From the NCBI GenBank assembly GCA_001784175.1, contig MFPR01000040.1:44955-108954 (forward strand): a stretch of 64,000 nt of DNA, written 5' to 3'. Positions 27,750 to 35,750 of this stretch are shown here, piece by piece. The position numbers were made by a program, and so were the translations under genes. Source of the DNA: Candidatus Lindowbacteria bacterium RIFCSPLOWO2_12_FULL_62_27 (GTDB taxonomy: Bacteria; Lindowbacteria; 2-12-FULL-62-27). Positions within the stretch are counted from its first letter, which is position 1. The number at the start of each line of letters is the position of its first letter. The notes under the pieces are model-generated. The model worked only from the letters and a program-made list of their open reading frames with translations. It had not been told where the DNA came from and did no database searches.

Positions 27750-28799
27750 ATGATCAAGAAGAAACTGCTCCAGAACGGGGCGTCCCGCAAGTCCAACATC
27801 TATGACGTGGCCGAGGAGGCCGGCGTGTCCATCGCGACCATTTCCCGCGCCATGAACAATCCCGCGATCGTCTTTCCCGAAACTCTCAAGCAGATCGAGA
27901 CGGCCATGAAAAAGCTCCGGTACCGGCCCAGCCCCGAGGCGAAATGCCTCGCGCAGCAGAAGAGCGACCAGATCGCCGTGTTCCTGTCGCCTCACGATGA
28001 GGTCCACTATGCCCTCGTCGTCATGAACTTTCTCGTCGGCATCATCTGGGGCGCCGAAAAGAACCGGCTTCGCATGACGGCGCATATGCTGTTCAAGACC
28101 GAGGAGGAAAACGCCGCCGTGGACGTGACGACTTCCCTGGAAGGCGCGATCATGATGGCGGACATGAAGCGCAGCGGGGCCTTGAGGGAACTCGAGCAAA
28201 ACAAAGTCCCGGTCGTCTATTTGAACTGCACCGACCATCCCAAAAAACACCGGATCACGGTGGACGACGCCGCCGGCGCCGGACTGGCGCTGGAGCATCT
28301 CATCCAGCTCGGCCACGAGCGTATCGCGTTTCTGACCGGCGAGATGACCACGATCAGCGGCCTCGCCCGCGCCCGTGGCTGCCAGGAGACTTTGAAAAAG
28401 CATGGCCTGCTCGAAGCGACGGAAAAGAACAGGTTTTTCCGAAACGCGCGGTTCGACCAGAAGATCGCCTACGCCGAAACCCATGACCTCCTCCGGCAAA
28501 CCCCGCGGCCCACCGCCATCTTCGCCGCCAGCGACTGGATGGCCCTCGGGGCCATCACCGCGATCCGCGAAAAAGGCCTGGCCGTGCCCCGCGACGTCTC
28601 CGTGGTTGGATACGACAACTCCATCCTCGCCTCCCAGGTCACGCCGCCGCTCACCACGGTCCACCAGCCGTTCGTGGAAATGGGCAAGGAAGCGGTGGCG
28701 GCCATCCTGAAGATCCGCGAGGAATCCGGCCGCGTCTATCACAAGACGCTGGAGCCGAGTCTCGTGATCCGGGAAACCACGGCGCCGCCGGCCAAATGA
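27750..28799 (+). CDS. LacI-family transcriptional regulator
   Basis: Shine-Dalgarno-like AAAGGAGG 9 nt upstream of ATG 27750. N-terminal helix-turn-helix NIYDVAEEAGVSIATISRAMN. Periplasmic-binding-protein-like effector domain. Confidence 0.85.
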   Translation: MIKKKLLQNGASRKSNIYDVAEEAGVSIATISRAMNNPAIVFPETLKQIETAMKKLRYRPSPEAKCLAQQKSDQIAVFLSPHDEVHYALVVMNFLVGIIWGAEKNRLRMTAHMLFKTEEENAAVDVTTSLEGAIMMADMKRSGALRELEQNKVPVVYLNCTDHPKKHRITVDDAAGAGLALEHLIQLGHERIAFLTGEMTTISGLARARGCQETLKKHGLLEATEKNRFFRNARFDQKIAYAETHDLLRQTPRPTAIFAASDWMALGAITAIREKGLAVPRDVSVVGYDNSILASQVTPPLTTVHQPFVEMGKEAVAAILKIREESGRVYHKTLEPSLVIRETTAPPAK

Positions 28800-28823
28800 A
28801 CCGCCGGCCCGACGGGTTCTGAA

Positions 28824-30356
28824 ATGCGGCTCGTCAAGAAGGATCTCCTCGGGAAAATCCTCCTCACCACCAGGATCATTTCCAAAGATCAGCTCCGCGA
28901 GGCTTTGGAGCGCCAGCAGAAGTCGCCCCTCAAACTCGTCGGCGAAATCCTCATCGAACTCGGATACGCCACCCAGGCCGACGTGCTCACCGCCTACGCC
29001 CTTCAACACGGCATCCGGTATGTCAACCTCGACGACACCGACCTCCCTCATTCCTCCATCGCCGGCCGCTTGCCCGCCAAATTCGCCTGCAAGTACTGCA
29101 TCCTGCCGCTCAAGGAGGACGACGCGACATTCACCATCGCGTCCCACATGCCCAAATACGTCGACAAGACCATCGTCGACGATCTCGAATTGATCCTGGA
29201 CAAAAAAATCGAGCTGGTGATCTGCGGCAAAGACCAGCTCATCGCCAAAATATGCGAGTTCTACCGCATCGCACGCGAGGAATATGACCGGCTGCGGTCC
29301 ATCACCGACCGCGTGGCCATGGAGCTGCCGGACCTGGCGGAAGATCTGGCGCAGGAACCGTTCGACGGCGACCGCCTGGCGGTCGTCAAAAACAGCCCCA
29401 AGATGGCCGCGCTCTATGAAACGATTCTGAGAGTTGCCAAAAGCAACGCGGCCGTCCTGCTCCTCGGCGAAACCGGCACCGGCAAGGAGGTTTGCGCCAA
29501 GGTCATCCATCAGAACAGTCTGAGGAAGGACAAGCCGTTCATCAAAGTCAGTTGCGCCGCGCTGCCGGAGACGCTCCTCGAAAGCGAGATGTTCGGTTAC
29601 GAAAAAGGCGCGTTCACCGGCGCATACAGCCGCAAGCAGGGCCGGTTCGAGCTCGCCAGTGGCGGCACCCTCTTCCTCGACGAAATCGGCGAGATTACCA
29701 TGCCCGTCCAGATCAAGCTCCTGCGCGTCCTCCAGGACGGCGAGATCGAGAGGCTCGGCGGCGTCCACTCCATCAAAACCGACGTGCGGATCATCGCGGC
29801 GACGAACCGCAACCTCGAACAGGAAGTCAAGGCGGGCCGGTTCCGGCAGGACCTCTTTTACCGGCTGAACGTGGTCGCGTTCCAGATCCCGCCGCTGCGC
29901 GACCGCAAGGAGGACATCCCGTACCTGATCGAGCATTTCATCCAGAAGTTCAACCGGAAGAACGACCGGCACGTAAAGTACGTGTCGCCTAAGGTCACCG
30001 ACCTTTTGATGGAATACGACTGGCCGGGAAACATCCGGGAACTCGAAAATTGCATCGAACGCATGATCGTCACGTGCACCTCCGACAAAATCCTCGTCGA
30101 ACACATTCCGTTCCACTTGAAATCGCTCCAGATGCAGGTCGCCTACAGCGGGATTTCGGACGACACGGCCGCATCTCCAGCCGGGCCGGCGCCCGGCCAT
30201 GCTCCGTCTGCCGGTCCGGCAACATCGGCGGCGCTCTCCCGAGAACAGATCGAGGAAGCCCTGCGGAAAACCAGGTGGAACAAAGTCCGCGCGGCCAAAC
30301 TCCTGAACATCCACCGCAACACGCTGATGAAAAAAATCAAGGACCTCGGGTTGTAA
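28824..30356 (+). CDS. sigma-54-dependent transcriptional activator (enhancer-binding protein) with an N-terminal T2SSE_N/MshEN-like domain instead of a receiver domain
   Basis: N-terminal ..LTTRIISKDQLREALE..LVGEILIELGYATQADVLTAYALQHGIRYVNLDD.. is GspE-N/MshEN-like. AAA+ sigma-54 interaction domain (VLLLGETGTGKEV, GAFTGA, GGTLFLDEIGEI). C-terminal Fis-type helix-turn-helix LLNIHRNTLMKKIKDLG. Confidence 0.85.
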   Translation: MRLVKKDLLGKILLTTRIISKDQLREALERQQKSPLKLVGEILIELGYATQADVLTAYALQHGIRYVNLDDTDLPHSSIAGRLPAKFACKYCILPLKEDDATFTIASHMPKYVDKTIVDDLELILDKKIELVICGKDQLIAKICEFYRIAREEYDRLRSITDRVAMELPDLAEDLAQEPFDGDRLAVVKNSPKMAALYETILRVAKSNAAVLLLGETGTGKEVCAKVIHQNSLRKDKPFIKVSCAALPETLLESEMFGYEKGAFTGAYSRKQGRFELASGGTLFLDEIGEITMPVQIKLLRVLQDGEIERLGGVHSIKTDVRIIAATNRNLEQEVKAGRFRQDLFYRLNVVAFQIPPLRDRKEDIPYLIEHFIQKFNRKNDRHVKYVSPKVTDLLMEYDWPGNIRELENCIERMIVTCTSDKILVEHIPFHLKSLQMQVAYSGISDDTAASPAGPAPGHAPSAGPATSAALSREQIEEALRKTRWNKVRAAKLLNIHRNTLMKKIKDLGL

Positions 30357-30357
30357 T

Positions 30358-30400
30358 CGCCGGGCGGTGGAACCCTATTTCACATCCACCGTCATTTTTC
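30358..30400. terminator. possible bidirectional terminator between convergent genes (CGGTGGA-N13-TCCACCG followed by TCATTTTT)
   Basis: 7-bp stem. Overlaps the 3' end of the minus-strand gene. Confidence 0.35.
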
Positions 30401-30869
30401 GGAGGTCGAAGGTTGCGATCCGGCCCGTGATGATTTCCATGCCGACGAGTCCGACTTCGGCGTCGGTCAGACTCAGAAGCACAACGATCCGGCGGCCGGA
30501 AACTTGAAGTGTCCCTCGATATAAAATGTCCTGCACGACGCTGCCGTCCGCCAATTGATATTGGGTCCGGTTGAAAGGCTCCAACCGCGCGCGCCGGCCG
30601 ATCTTTCGCGGCAACACGAGACTGCCGTTGAATCCGGTGTCCAGGATCGCGTTGAATTGAATGCGCTCACCCCTCATTCCAAGAATGGACACGTCTTCGA
30701 GCATCGGTTCGAGATTGGCCGTGATCTGGCCTTTCAGGAATGTCACCTGAAGCGAAAGAACGGGGTATGGATCTTGAAGGCCGTCGGATACCCGACGCGG
30801 ATGAGGCGCACGTCGCTGCCGTTTTTCATCGGCGGGCAACTCCGGACAATGTCGGACCCGCAGAAACAC
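30375..30869 (-). CDS. retropepsin-like (clan AA) aspartic protease domain protein
   Basis: DTG-type motif ..NAILDTGFNGSLVLP.. and an overall size of about 120-160 aa. The true start is probably internal (Met56, about 30704). Convergent with the sigma-54 activator gene. Confidence 0.5.
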   Translation of the reverse strand: MFLRVRHCPELPADEKRQRRAPHPRRVSDGLQDPYPVLSLQVTFLKGQITANLEPMLEDVSILGMRGERIQFNAILDTGFNGSLVLPRKIGRRARLEPFNRTQYQLADGSVVQDILYRGTLQVSGRRIVVLLSLTDAEVGLVGMEIITGRIATFDLRKMTVDVK

Positions 30870-31077
30870 CGGCCGCTTTTTATATCCACCGCCACCAATA
30901 TCCCCTTGCGAAGCCTCCGGCCTTTGAAAAATTTCCGGGCGGCCAAAAGCGCATCCCTATTCCAAGCCGCCGGCGTTTTGGAACTCCGTACGGATCGTTT
31001 CATGACCTTATGCTATCCCCGGGTTGTCCGAAAGGCAAGCTCGCAAATGAGAAAACGGAAATGCATCGTCTCGCTCA

Positions 31078-31227
31078 GAACGTGTGAATAAATCCCTTAT
31101 CCACGAAGGAGCACGAAGGGGCACGAAGAAACATTTAGATAACATATTGAATATCTGGATTCCCTTCGTGTCAGCTTCGTGTCCCTTCGTGGATAAAAAG
31201 TGGTTTATTCAATTTTTTCACACGTTC
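31078..31227. repeat. 150-bp compound inverted repeat: outer arms GAACGTGTGAATAAA / TTTATTCA..TTCACACGTTC; inner arms each carry three direct CACGAAG(G) units (TCCACGAAGGAGCACGAAGGGGCACGAAG / CTTCGTGTCAGCTTCGTGTCCCTTCGTGGA)
   Basis: The arms are directly readable and about 85% complementary. It could be a six-half-site binding array, a MITE-like element or a structured RNA; the function is unknown. Confidence 0.8.
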
Positions 31228-31257
31228 TCACCGAACGGCGGAACTAAACAGCATAAT

Positions 31258-31275
31258 GCACATATAATTGTGCAT
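31258..31275. promoter_or_regulatory. NtrC-type enhancer-like dyad TGCACA-TATAAT-TGTGCA (perfect 6-bp arms)
   Basis: Resembles TGCACC-N5-GGTGCA upstream activating sequences of enhancer-binding proteins. It sits in the AT-rich intergenic region between the divergent genes 30375..30869 and 31495..34107. Confidence 0.4.
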
Positions 31276-31359
31276 ATAGCCTATATATCTGCCGTGAATA
31301 TGCAGTATGCACACATCATCAAGCGTGCTTTCACGATGGGCGCCCACTTTGGCGCATTC

Positions 31360-31375
31360 GAAACCTTAAGGTTTC
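31360..31375. promoter_or_regulatory. perfect 16-bp palindrome GAAACCTTAAGGTTTC
   Basis: Directly readable. Located between the NtrC-like dyad and the candidate sigma-54 promoter. Confidence 0.4.
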
Positions 31376-31424
31376 AAATGATTTGTGAAAATTCCACGTT
31401 TTAACAGTAAGCGCTTTCATCACC

Positions 31425-31440
31425 GGGCATACCCTTTGCA
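31425..31440 (+). promoter_or_regulatory. candidate sigma-54 (-24/-12) promoter GGGCAT-N5-TTGCA for CDS 31495..34107
   Basis: The GG..GC spacing equals the TGGCAC-N5-TTGCA consensus, with a perfect TTGCA -12 element. The predicted start of transcription falls at the cre-like operator. An NtrC-like dyad lies about 165 bp upstream. A sigma-54 activator gene is adjacent. Confidence 0.4.
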
Positions 31441-31448
31441 AGAGATGG

Positions 31449-31462
31449 AGTAAGCGCTTACA
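31449..31462. promoter_or_regulatory. cre-like operator AGTAAGCGCTTACA (perfect 12-bp palindrome core), about 33 nt upstream of ATG 31495
   Basis: Matches the LacI/CcpA-type consensus TGTAAGCGCTTACA at 13 of 14 positions. A half-site-like GTAAGCGCTTTCA at 31407-31420. Confidence 0.6.
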
Positions 31463-31494
31463 AGCGCCAAACAAAAATGGGGTGGAGGTCAGAC

Positions 31495-34107
31495 ATGAAA
31501 ACTGAGATTTTAGATTTTAGATTTTGGATTTTGGATTCCAATAAGGGCGGTTTGAGATGGGCTACCGCGATTCTCATCCTGCTGCTCTGCGCCGGCCTTC
31601 CTGAGGCTCAGGCCGCGCTCAGCAAATCATCGCCGACCGGCGAGGAGGTCTGGCGCATCAACTGCGGCGCCACCGCCGCCGATTACGCCGATCCGGCCGG
31701 GAACACATGGGTCAAGGACGAGGATTTCTACTCCATTTACCGCTGGGGCTACATCAACGGCAACACCGCCTCCACCACCTCCAACATCACCAACACCTCC
31801 ACGCCCGAAATTTACAAGTCCAGCCGCTGGGGCGGAACGAACCTGTCCTACAAGGTCGAAGTCCCCAACGGCACCTACCGCGTCCGGCTCATGTTTGCGG
31901 AGACGTACTGGAACCAGGCCGGCAAGCGCGTGTTCAACGTGGCCCTCGAAGGCAACACGCTGTGGTCCTTCGTCGACATCTGGGCCTGGGCCGGCAATGC
32001 GATGAACAAGGCGATGGACCTGACGGCCGACGTGACGGTGACGGACGGCGTCCTCGACGTGACGTTTCCCGTCGTTCAGATGGACAACGCCTGCATCAGC
32101 GGGATCGAGGTCAAGGTCCTCACGCTGGCCGACGACGCGTTCCTCGATTTCGTGCAGAAAAAGATGTTCTGGTTTTACTGGAACGAGGCCGACGTTCAGA
32201 CCGGCCTCGTCAAATGGGGCGAGAACAATTTCGCCCAGGGGTACGGCAACACCTCCAGCATCGCCACCGATGGGTTCGCCCTCTCCATCTATACGATCGC
32301 CGCCAGCCGCGGATGGATCACGCGCCAGCAGGCGTACGATCGCGTCATGAAAATGCTGAATACGTTTGAGACTGTCATCCAGAACGTGCATGGTTTCTGG
32401 TGGCATTTCGTCTACACCGCCACCGGCGCGCGCGAGGGCACAACCGAAATCTCGACCGTCGACTCCGCGCTCTTTATCATGGGCGCGCTCCAGGCCGGCG
32501 AGTTTTTCCGAAGCGACCATCCGGACGTCGCGTCCAAGGCGGACCTTCTGTACCGCCGCATGGAGTGGAGCTGGTTTCTGAACGTCAATGCCGGCGATCC
32601 GTATCTGAACCGGTTCGTCAACATGGGCTGGAAGCCCGAGTATCAGCCGGGATCGCCGCACGGCTACGTCATCGCGAGCGGCCGGCCCGAAGGCGGTTAT
32701 TTCGTGAACGACTGGTGGAACCGGTACAGCGAATCGGTCTTCGTGAACTTCCTCGCGCTCGGCTCGCCCACCTACTCGGCCGGTCCGGCGGCTTGGACGG
32801 ACATGGGCAAGCCGTGGGTCGACGATTTTGGCTATCACTACGTGAACGAGCCGCCGCTTTTCACGCACCAGTTTCATCATCTCTATTACGACATGCGAAA
32901 CCGGCACGACGGCAAGGTCGACTACGTCGACAACACCCGCAAGGCCACGCAGGTCAACCGCCTCACGTGCGAGAACGACAGCCGCTATGAGCCCAAACGC
33001 TGGGGGCTGTCGGGTTCCAACGGGCCGACGGGCTATCAGGCCTACGGCGCCGGCACGGGCGGGTTCCACGACGGCACGGTCGATCCGGCCGCGCCCGCCG
33101 CCACGATGAACATCACGCCCACGGAGTCGATCCAGGCCACGCGGTTCATGTTCTTCCAGTACAAGCATCACATCTGGGGCCAGTACGGGTTTTCGGACGC
33201 GTTCAACGTGAGCGCCGACTGGAAGGACTGGCTCTTCGACGGCCTCAGCGCCGGCGCGCTCGTCATTGGCATCGAAAATTACCGCACCGGCATGGTGAGA
33301 AACGAGTTCATGAAAAATCCATACCTTGCGACCGCCTACGCTCAGGCCGGCATCAAGACCTTCGGCCAGTCCGCGCTCTACAACGCATCGACCGGCAGTG
33401 ACGCGCCGAACGCGTTCGACAACAACATGACCACGCGCTGGGGCTCGGCCTTCGCCGACCCGCAGTGGCTCGAAGTCGACTACGGCGCCGGACGGACGTT
33501 CAACAAGGTCACGATCAACTGGGAGGCGGCCTACGGCAAGGACTACAAGATCCAGGCGTCGTGGGACGCGAACACGTGGTGGGACGTCGCGACCGTCGTG
33601 AACGGCAACGGCGCCACGGACATCCTGACCTTCCCGATGAACACCGCCCGATACTGGAGAATGTACGGCACGAAACGCGGCACGGCGTGGGGCTATTCGA
33701 TCTGGGAGATGAAATTCGAGAACACGGTGAATCTCGCTCTGAACAAGCCGGCCACGTCCTCATCCAACGAAAACTCGGGCGTCACGGCGCCGAAGGCCTT
33801 CGACGGCAGCTTCACGACGCGCTGGGCGTCACTGTGGAGCGACCCGCAGTGGGTCCGGGTCGACCTCGGCTCGAACCAGAACGTGAGCCGCGTGATCCTG
33901 CACTGGGAGTACGCGTACGGCAAGGACTACAAAATCCAGACCTCGACGGACAACATCAACTGGACGGACCGCTTCACGGCGGTCAACGGCGACGGCGGCG
34001 TCGATGAGTGCCCGTTCACGGCCGTGAGCGCCCGGTACATCCGCATGTACGGCACCGCGCGCGGCACCGGGTTCGGGTATTCGCTGTGGGAGATGCAGGT
34101 GCAGTGA
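31495..34107 (+). CDS. secreted glycoside hydrolase: malectin-like CBM, then a GH144-like (alpha/alpha)6 catalytic domain, then two C-terminal F5/8 type C domains
   Basis: GGAGG 7 nt upstream of ATG 31495. N-terminus MKTEILDFRFWILDSNKGG followed by a signal peptide. Malectin-like ..WRINCGATAADYADPAGNTW..YRVRLMFAETYWNQAGKRVFNVALEGN..ISGIEV. Catalytic motifs DDAFLDFVQKKMFWFYWNEADVQTGLVK and IENYRTGMV. Two discoidin repeats ending GYSLWEMQVQ. Confidence 0.8.
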   Translation: MKTEILDFRFWILDSNKGGLRWATAILILLLCAGLPEAQAALSKSSPTGEEVWRINCGATAADYADPAGNTWVKDEDFYSIYRWGYINGNTASTTSNITNTSTPEIYKSSRWGGTNLSYKVEVPNGTYRVRLMFAETYWNQAGKRVFNVALEGNTLWSFVDIWAWAGNAMNKAMDLTADVTVTDGVLDVTFPVVQMDNACISGIEVKVLTLADDAFLDFVQKKMFWFYWNEADVQTGLVKWGENNFAQGYGNTSSIATDGFALSIYTIAASRGWITRQQAYDRVMKMLNTFETVIQNVHGFWWHFVYTATGAREGTTEISTVDSALFIMGALQAGEFFRSDHPDVASKADLLYRRMEWSWFLNVNAGDPYLNRFVNMGWKPEYQPGSPHGYVIASGRPEGGYFVNDWWNRYSESVFVNFLALGSPTYSAGPAAWTDMGKPWVDDFGYHYVNEPPLFTHQFHHLYYDMRNRHDGKVDYVDNTRKATQVNRLTCENDSRYEPKRWGLSGSNGPTGYQAYGAGTGGFHDGTVDPAAPAATMNITPTESIQATRFMFFQYKHHIWGQYGFSDAFNVSADWKDWLFDGLSAGALVIGIENYRTGMVRNEFMKNPYLATAYAQAGIKTFGQSALYNASTGSDAPNAFDNNMTTRWGSAFADPQWLEVDYGAGRTFNKVTINWEAAYGKDYKIQASWDANTWWDVATVVNGNGATDILTFPMNTARYWRMYGTKRGTAWGYSIWEMKFENTVNLALNKPATSSSNENSGVTAPKAFDGSFTTRWASLWSDPQWVRVDLGSNQNVSRVILHWEYAYGKDYKIQTSTDNINWTDRFTAVNGDGGVDECPFTAVSARYIRMYGTARGTGFGYSLWEMQVQ
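31506..31537. repeat. heptamer mini-element (GATTTTR)x4.5 at codons 4-14 of CDS 31495..34107 (EILDFRFWILD)
   Basis: gattttagattttagattttggattttggatt follows ATGAAAACTGA. Confidence 0.9.
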
Positions 34108-35750
34108 AAAAACCTGAGATTTTAGATTTTAGATTTTCGATTTTTCTTCCATTCTGTCCAAAGTCGTCGAAGGAGTCGTTGGCCATAGTCTTACTGGCGT
34201 GCGCCGTTGTGATGTGCCCGGAGGCAACTTGGGCAACGCATCTGGGCACCTGCCATGACAGCAATCACGTGACATGTTTCTCGACGGCCCCCAGTCACAC
34301 TCAGGAATTCATCAGCATGGGCTGGCTTAGCTACCATGACATCGCGTTCGGATTGCTGATCAAACCGGGATGGAAACAGGGAATCCTGAGCGCATATAAT
34401 TGGAGTCCGCACGTTCCCAACCATATCACGGAGGTAACCAGTGTGGATCTGGTGCGATGGGATGTTTTCGGCGATTTTCCAGGCTATTATCGAGACGCGC
34501 TGGCTTCAGGAATCCCAGTTCCGATCGCATCGGGTGGGGGCACCGTAGGTTCCTTCTTGCCAACGCGCGGGGGAACATTTTATACGGGAACGAAGATAAA
34601 CATCTCCGCACGCTATGAGGGTTATTATCCATGGCTGGAGCCGCTGGGCGGATATAATTCAGACGGATCGGCCAACAAAGGTCCCATCGAGTTCACCAAT
34701 CCAGAGTGGGGCGTGGGACCCCAATTCGACGAATGGGGGTTTGAGGTGAGACCATGGTGCATCGCATTGCAGATGCGGCTTGAGAATTTGACCCCCGGGG
34801 ACCTGAATCCGCCGGAAGAGGTTCAGCCAAAGAACGCCGATCCGGGCGATCCCACGAATGAGAAATCGAAGGTCCGATCCAGGTTGTCCGGAACATCTGT
34901 GCCGTCCTTGCTGGCGGGGGGTGCATACGTGGGGTGGTATATCGAAGGAGAAGGCGGGGGACATGAGGAAGCGCATCACGCCACACCAAGACCGGTCGGC
35001 ACGTTTGAGAATGGCCAGTGGCTGCATTTCGAACACGTGCCGACGGGGCAGACCGTCGATCTCACTCGGACATATACCGCTGGCGAATTCGGGGGCGACG
35101 AGCGAATCAAGGTTGTGGTCAGCGACAAGCCGTTGACTGCTTCGAGCCTTCCGAGATCGACGCTTGCGGAACAGGCGTCGGCCCGGGAGGTATTGAAGCA
35201 GGAGGGTATCGCGGCGGCGGGAAACGACGAAGGCGTCCGCGGCGACGGCACCGGCTGCGCGTTTGGGACCGACGTCTACGTTTTCTGGCCGGGCCTTCAA
35301 GAAATCTCGGATGGGGCGGATTACGAAAAAACGGGACAAACCCCTTCACACCCTCGGAACCACCATGGAACCTCAGATTTGATTATGGCTATTGAGAAAG
35401 TAGCCTTTAAATATAGAGAAACCACGAAGAACAGCCCCGGTCTTGATGAAGCCATTATCCGTGTCAATGACATGAGTCTTGAGAATGGCGGAGCGTTTGA
35501 TATTTGCGCCACGTGGGATATACACGATAATAGTTGTTTGTCTGATCCCAAACCGCCGACGGCTCACAATCGTCACAGAACGGGAAAGAGTGTGGATATC
35601 AGTAAATTCCATAAAGTGATATCTACTGGGTCCGTGGTCCTCCTCGGGAATAATACCTTTCTGGTACAACAATTATTTACAAATGAAAATCTAAATATTT
35701 CTTCACAATTATTTGCGCAATTCGGAAGACTGCATTTTGAACTGCAATGA
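34104..35750 (+). CDS. secreted protein with a C-terminal LAS/M15-like zinc-peptidase-like domain (possible peptidoglycan hydrolase); the C-terminal domain is low-GC
   Basis: The GTG at 34104 overlaps the upstream stop (GTGA); a TTG at about 34179 is an alternative start. N-terminus KKPEILDFRFSIF.. (heptamer element) followed by a signal peptide. C-terminal motif ..AHNRHRTGKSVDIS.. (H-x-T-G-x-x-V-D as in VanY/M15). GC content drops sharply from about 35330. Confidence 0.55.
   Translation: MKKPEILDFRFSIFLPFCPKSSKESLAIVLLACAVVMCPEATWATHLGTCHDSNHVTCFSTAPSHTQEFISMGWLSYHDIAFGLLIKPGWKQGILSAYNWSPHVPNHITEVTSVDLVRWDVFGDFPGYYRDALASGIPVPIASGGGTVGSFLPTRGGTFYTGTKINISARYEGYYPWLEPLGGYNSDGSANKGPIEFTNPEWGVGPQFDEWGFEVRPWCIALQMRLENLTPGDLNPPEEVQPKNADPGDPTNEKSKVRSRLSGTSVPSLLAGGAYVGWYIEGEGGGHEEAHHATPRPVGTFENGQWLHFEHVPTGQTVDLTRTYTAGEFGGDERIKVVVSDKPLTASSLPRSTLAEQASAREVLKQEGIAAAGNDEGVRGDGTGCAFGTDVYVFWPGLQEISDGADYEKTGQTPSHPRNHHGTSDLIMAIEKVAFKYRETTKNSPGLDEAIIRVNDMSLENGGAFDICATWDIHDNSCLSDPKPPTAHNRHRTGKSVDISKFHKVISTGSVVLLGNNTFLVQQLFTNENLNISSQLFAQFGRLHFELQ
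34117..34144. repeat. degenerate heptamer mini-element at codons 5-14 of CDS 34104..35750 (EILDFRFSIF)
   Basis: gattttagattttagattttcgattttt follows GTGAAAAAACCTGA. Confidence 0.85.
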
